A stretch of 55,942 nucleotides of DNA, taken from contig JAFGFY010000057.1 in the NCBI GenBank assembly GCA_016930795.1, positions 1 through 55,942 of the forward strand, given 5' to 3'. Positions 55,808-55,942 of the stretch are shown piece by piece. Source of the DNA: Deltaproteobacteria bacterium. Lineage in GTDB: Bacteria; Desulfobacterota; DSM-4660; Desulfatiglandales; HGW-15. The notes below the pieces were generated by a model. It was not told the DNA's origin. It ran no database searches and was given only the letters and a program-made list of their open reading frames with translations. Within the stretch, counting starts at the first letter, position 1; each line of letters begins with the position of its first letter. Position numbers and translations under genes: made by a program.

Positions 55808-55942
55808 ATGAAAACGAATGTTATATGTGGACTGGCTTTGCTTTGCATACTTGTGCCCAGGCATGCCCTGACATCTTCCGCGATCGCGCGACCAGCGGAG
55901 GATTATACATGGGTCGGTCCGACTGGGGATCCCTTGCCTTTC
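55808..55942 (+). CDS. exported protein, N-terminal fragment (continues beyond the window)
   Basis: ATG 55808; MKTNVICGLALLCILVPRHALTSSA signal-like N-terminus; open to the window end. AGGAGG lies rather far upstream (~14 nt). Confidence 0.45.
   Translation, partial: MKTNVICGLALLCILVPRHALTSSAIARPAEDYTWVGPTGDPLPF

Overview
A ~56 kb chromosomal window that reads like an anaerobic Desulfobacterota (deltaproteobacterial) genome. All family calls come from motif recognition by eye; no database search was possible.

Left third: Na+-coupled amino-acid symporters, a cytoplasmic molybdoenzyme paired with a zinc-ribbon methyltransferase, and the rpsF-rpsR-DUF2232-rplI-dnaB block.

11.7-20.9 kb, minus strand: a seven-gene hdrCBA-flxDCBA-type cluster. 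The ORF track breaks two of its genes at in-frame UGA codons that I read as selenocysteine: HdrA at 17949-17951 and MvhD/FlxD at 14838-14840. HdrA is a fused two-module protein of 1008 codons. The HdrC-like subunit carries a six-helix cytochrome-b-like membrane domain with a CxxCH loop.

Next come hflX (start-codon anomaly), apbE, ribF and tRNA-Leu(CAG). Beside the tRNA is an accessory patch: a diverged ~0.85 kb direct duplication (promoter, terminator-containing leader, exported ~130-aa protein) flanking a TPR gene. Then proS and a TolC/MacAB-type tripartite ABC exporter whose adaptor gene is frameshifted.

39.4-47.1 kb: a 7.7 kb envelope-stress island. It holds two sigma54-driven pspA-pspC modules, two DUF4097/Toastrack proteins, an ECF sigma/anti-sigma pair, a lipoprotein, a 3 x 56-bp tandem repeat and REP/MITE-like palindromic elements.

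Right end: ychF, hemW, lepA and a gene-poor stretch with candidate RNA elements.
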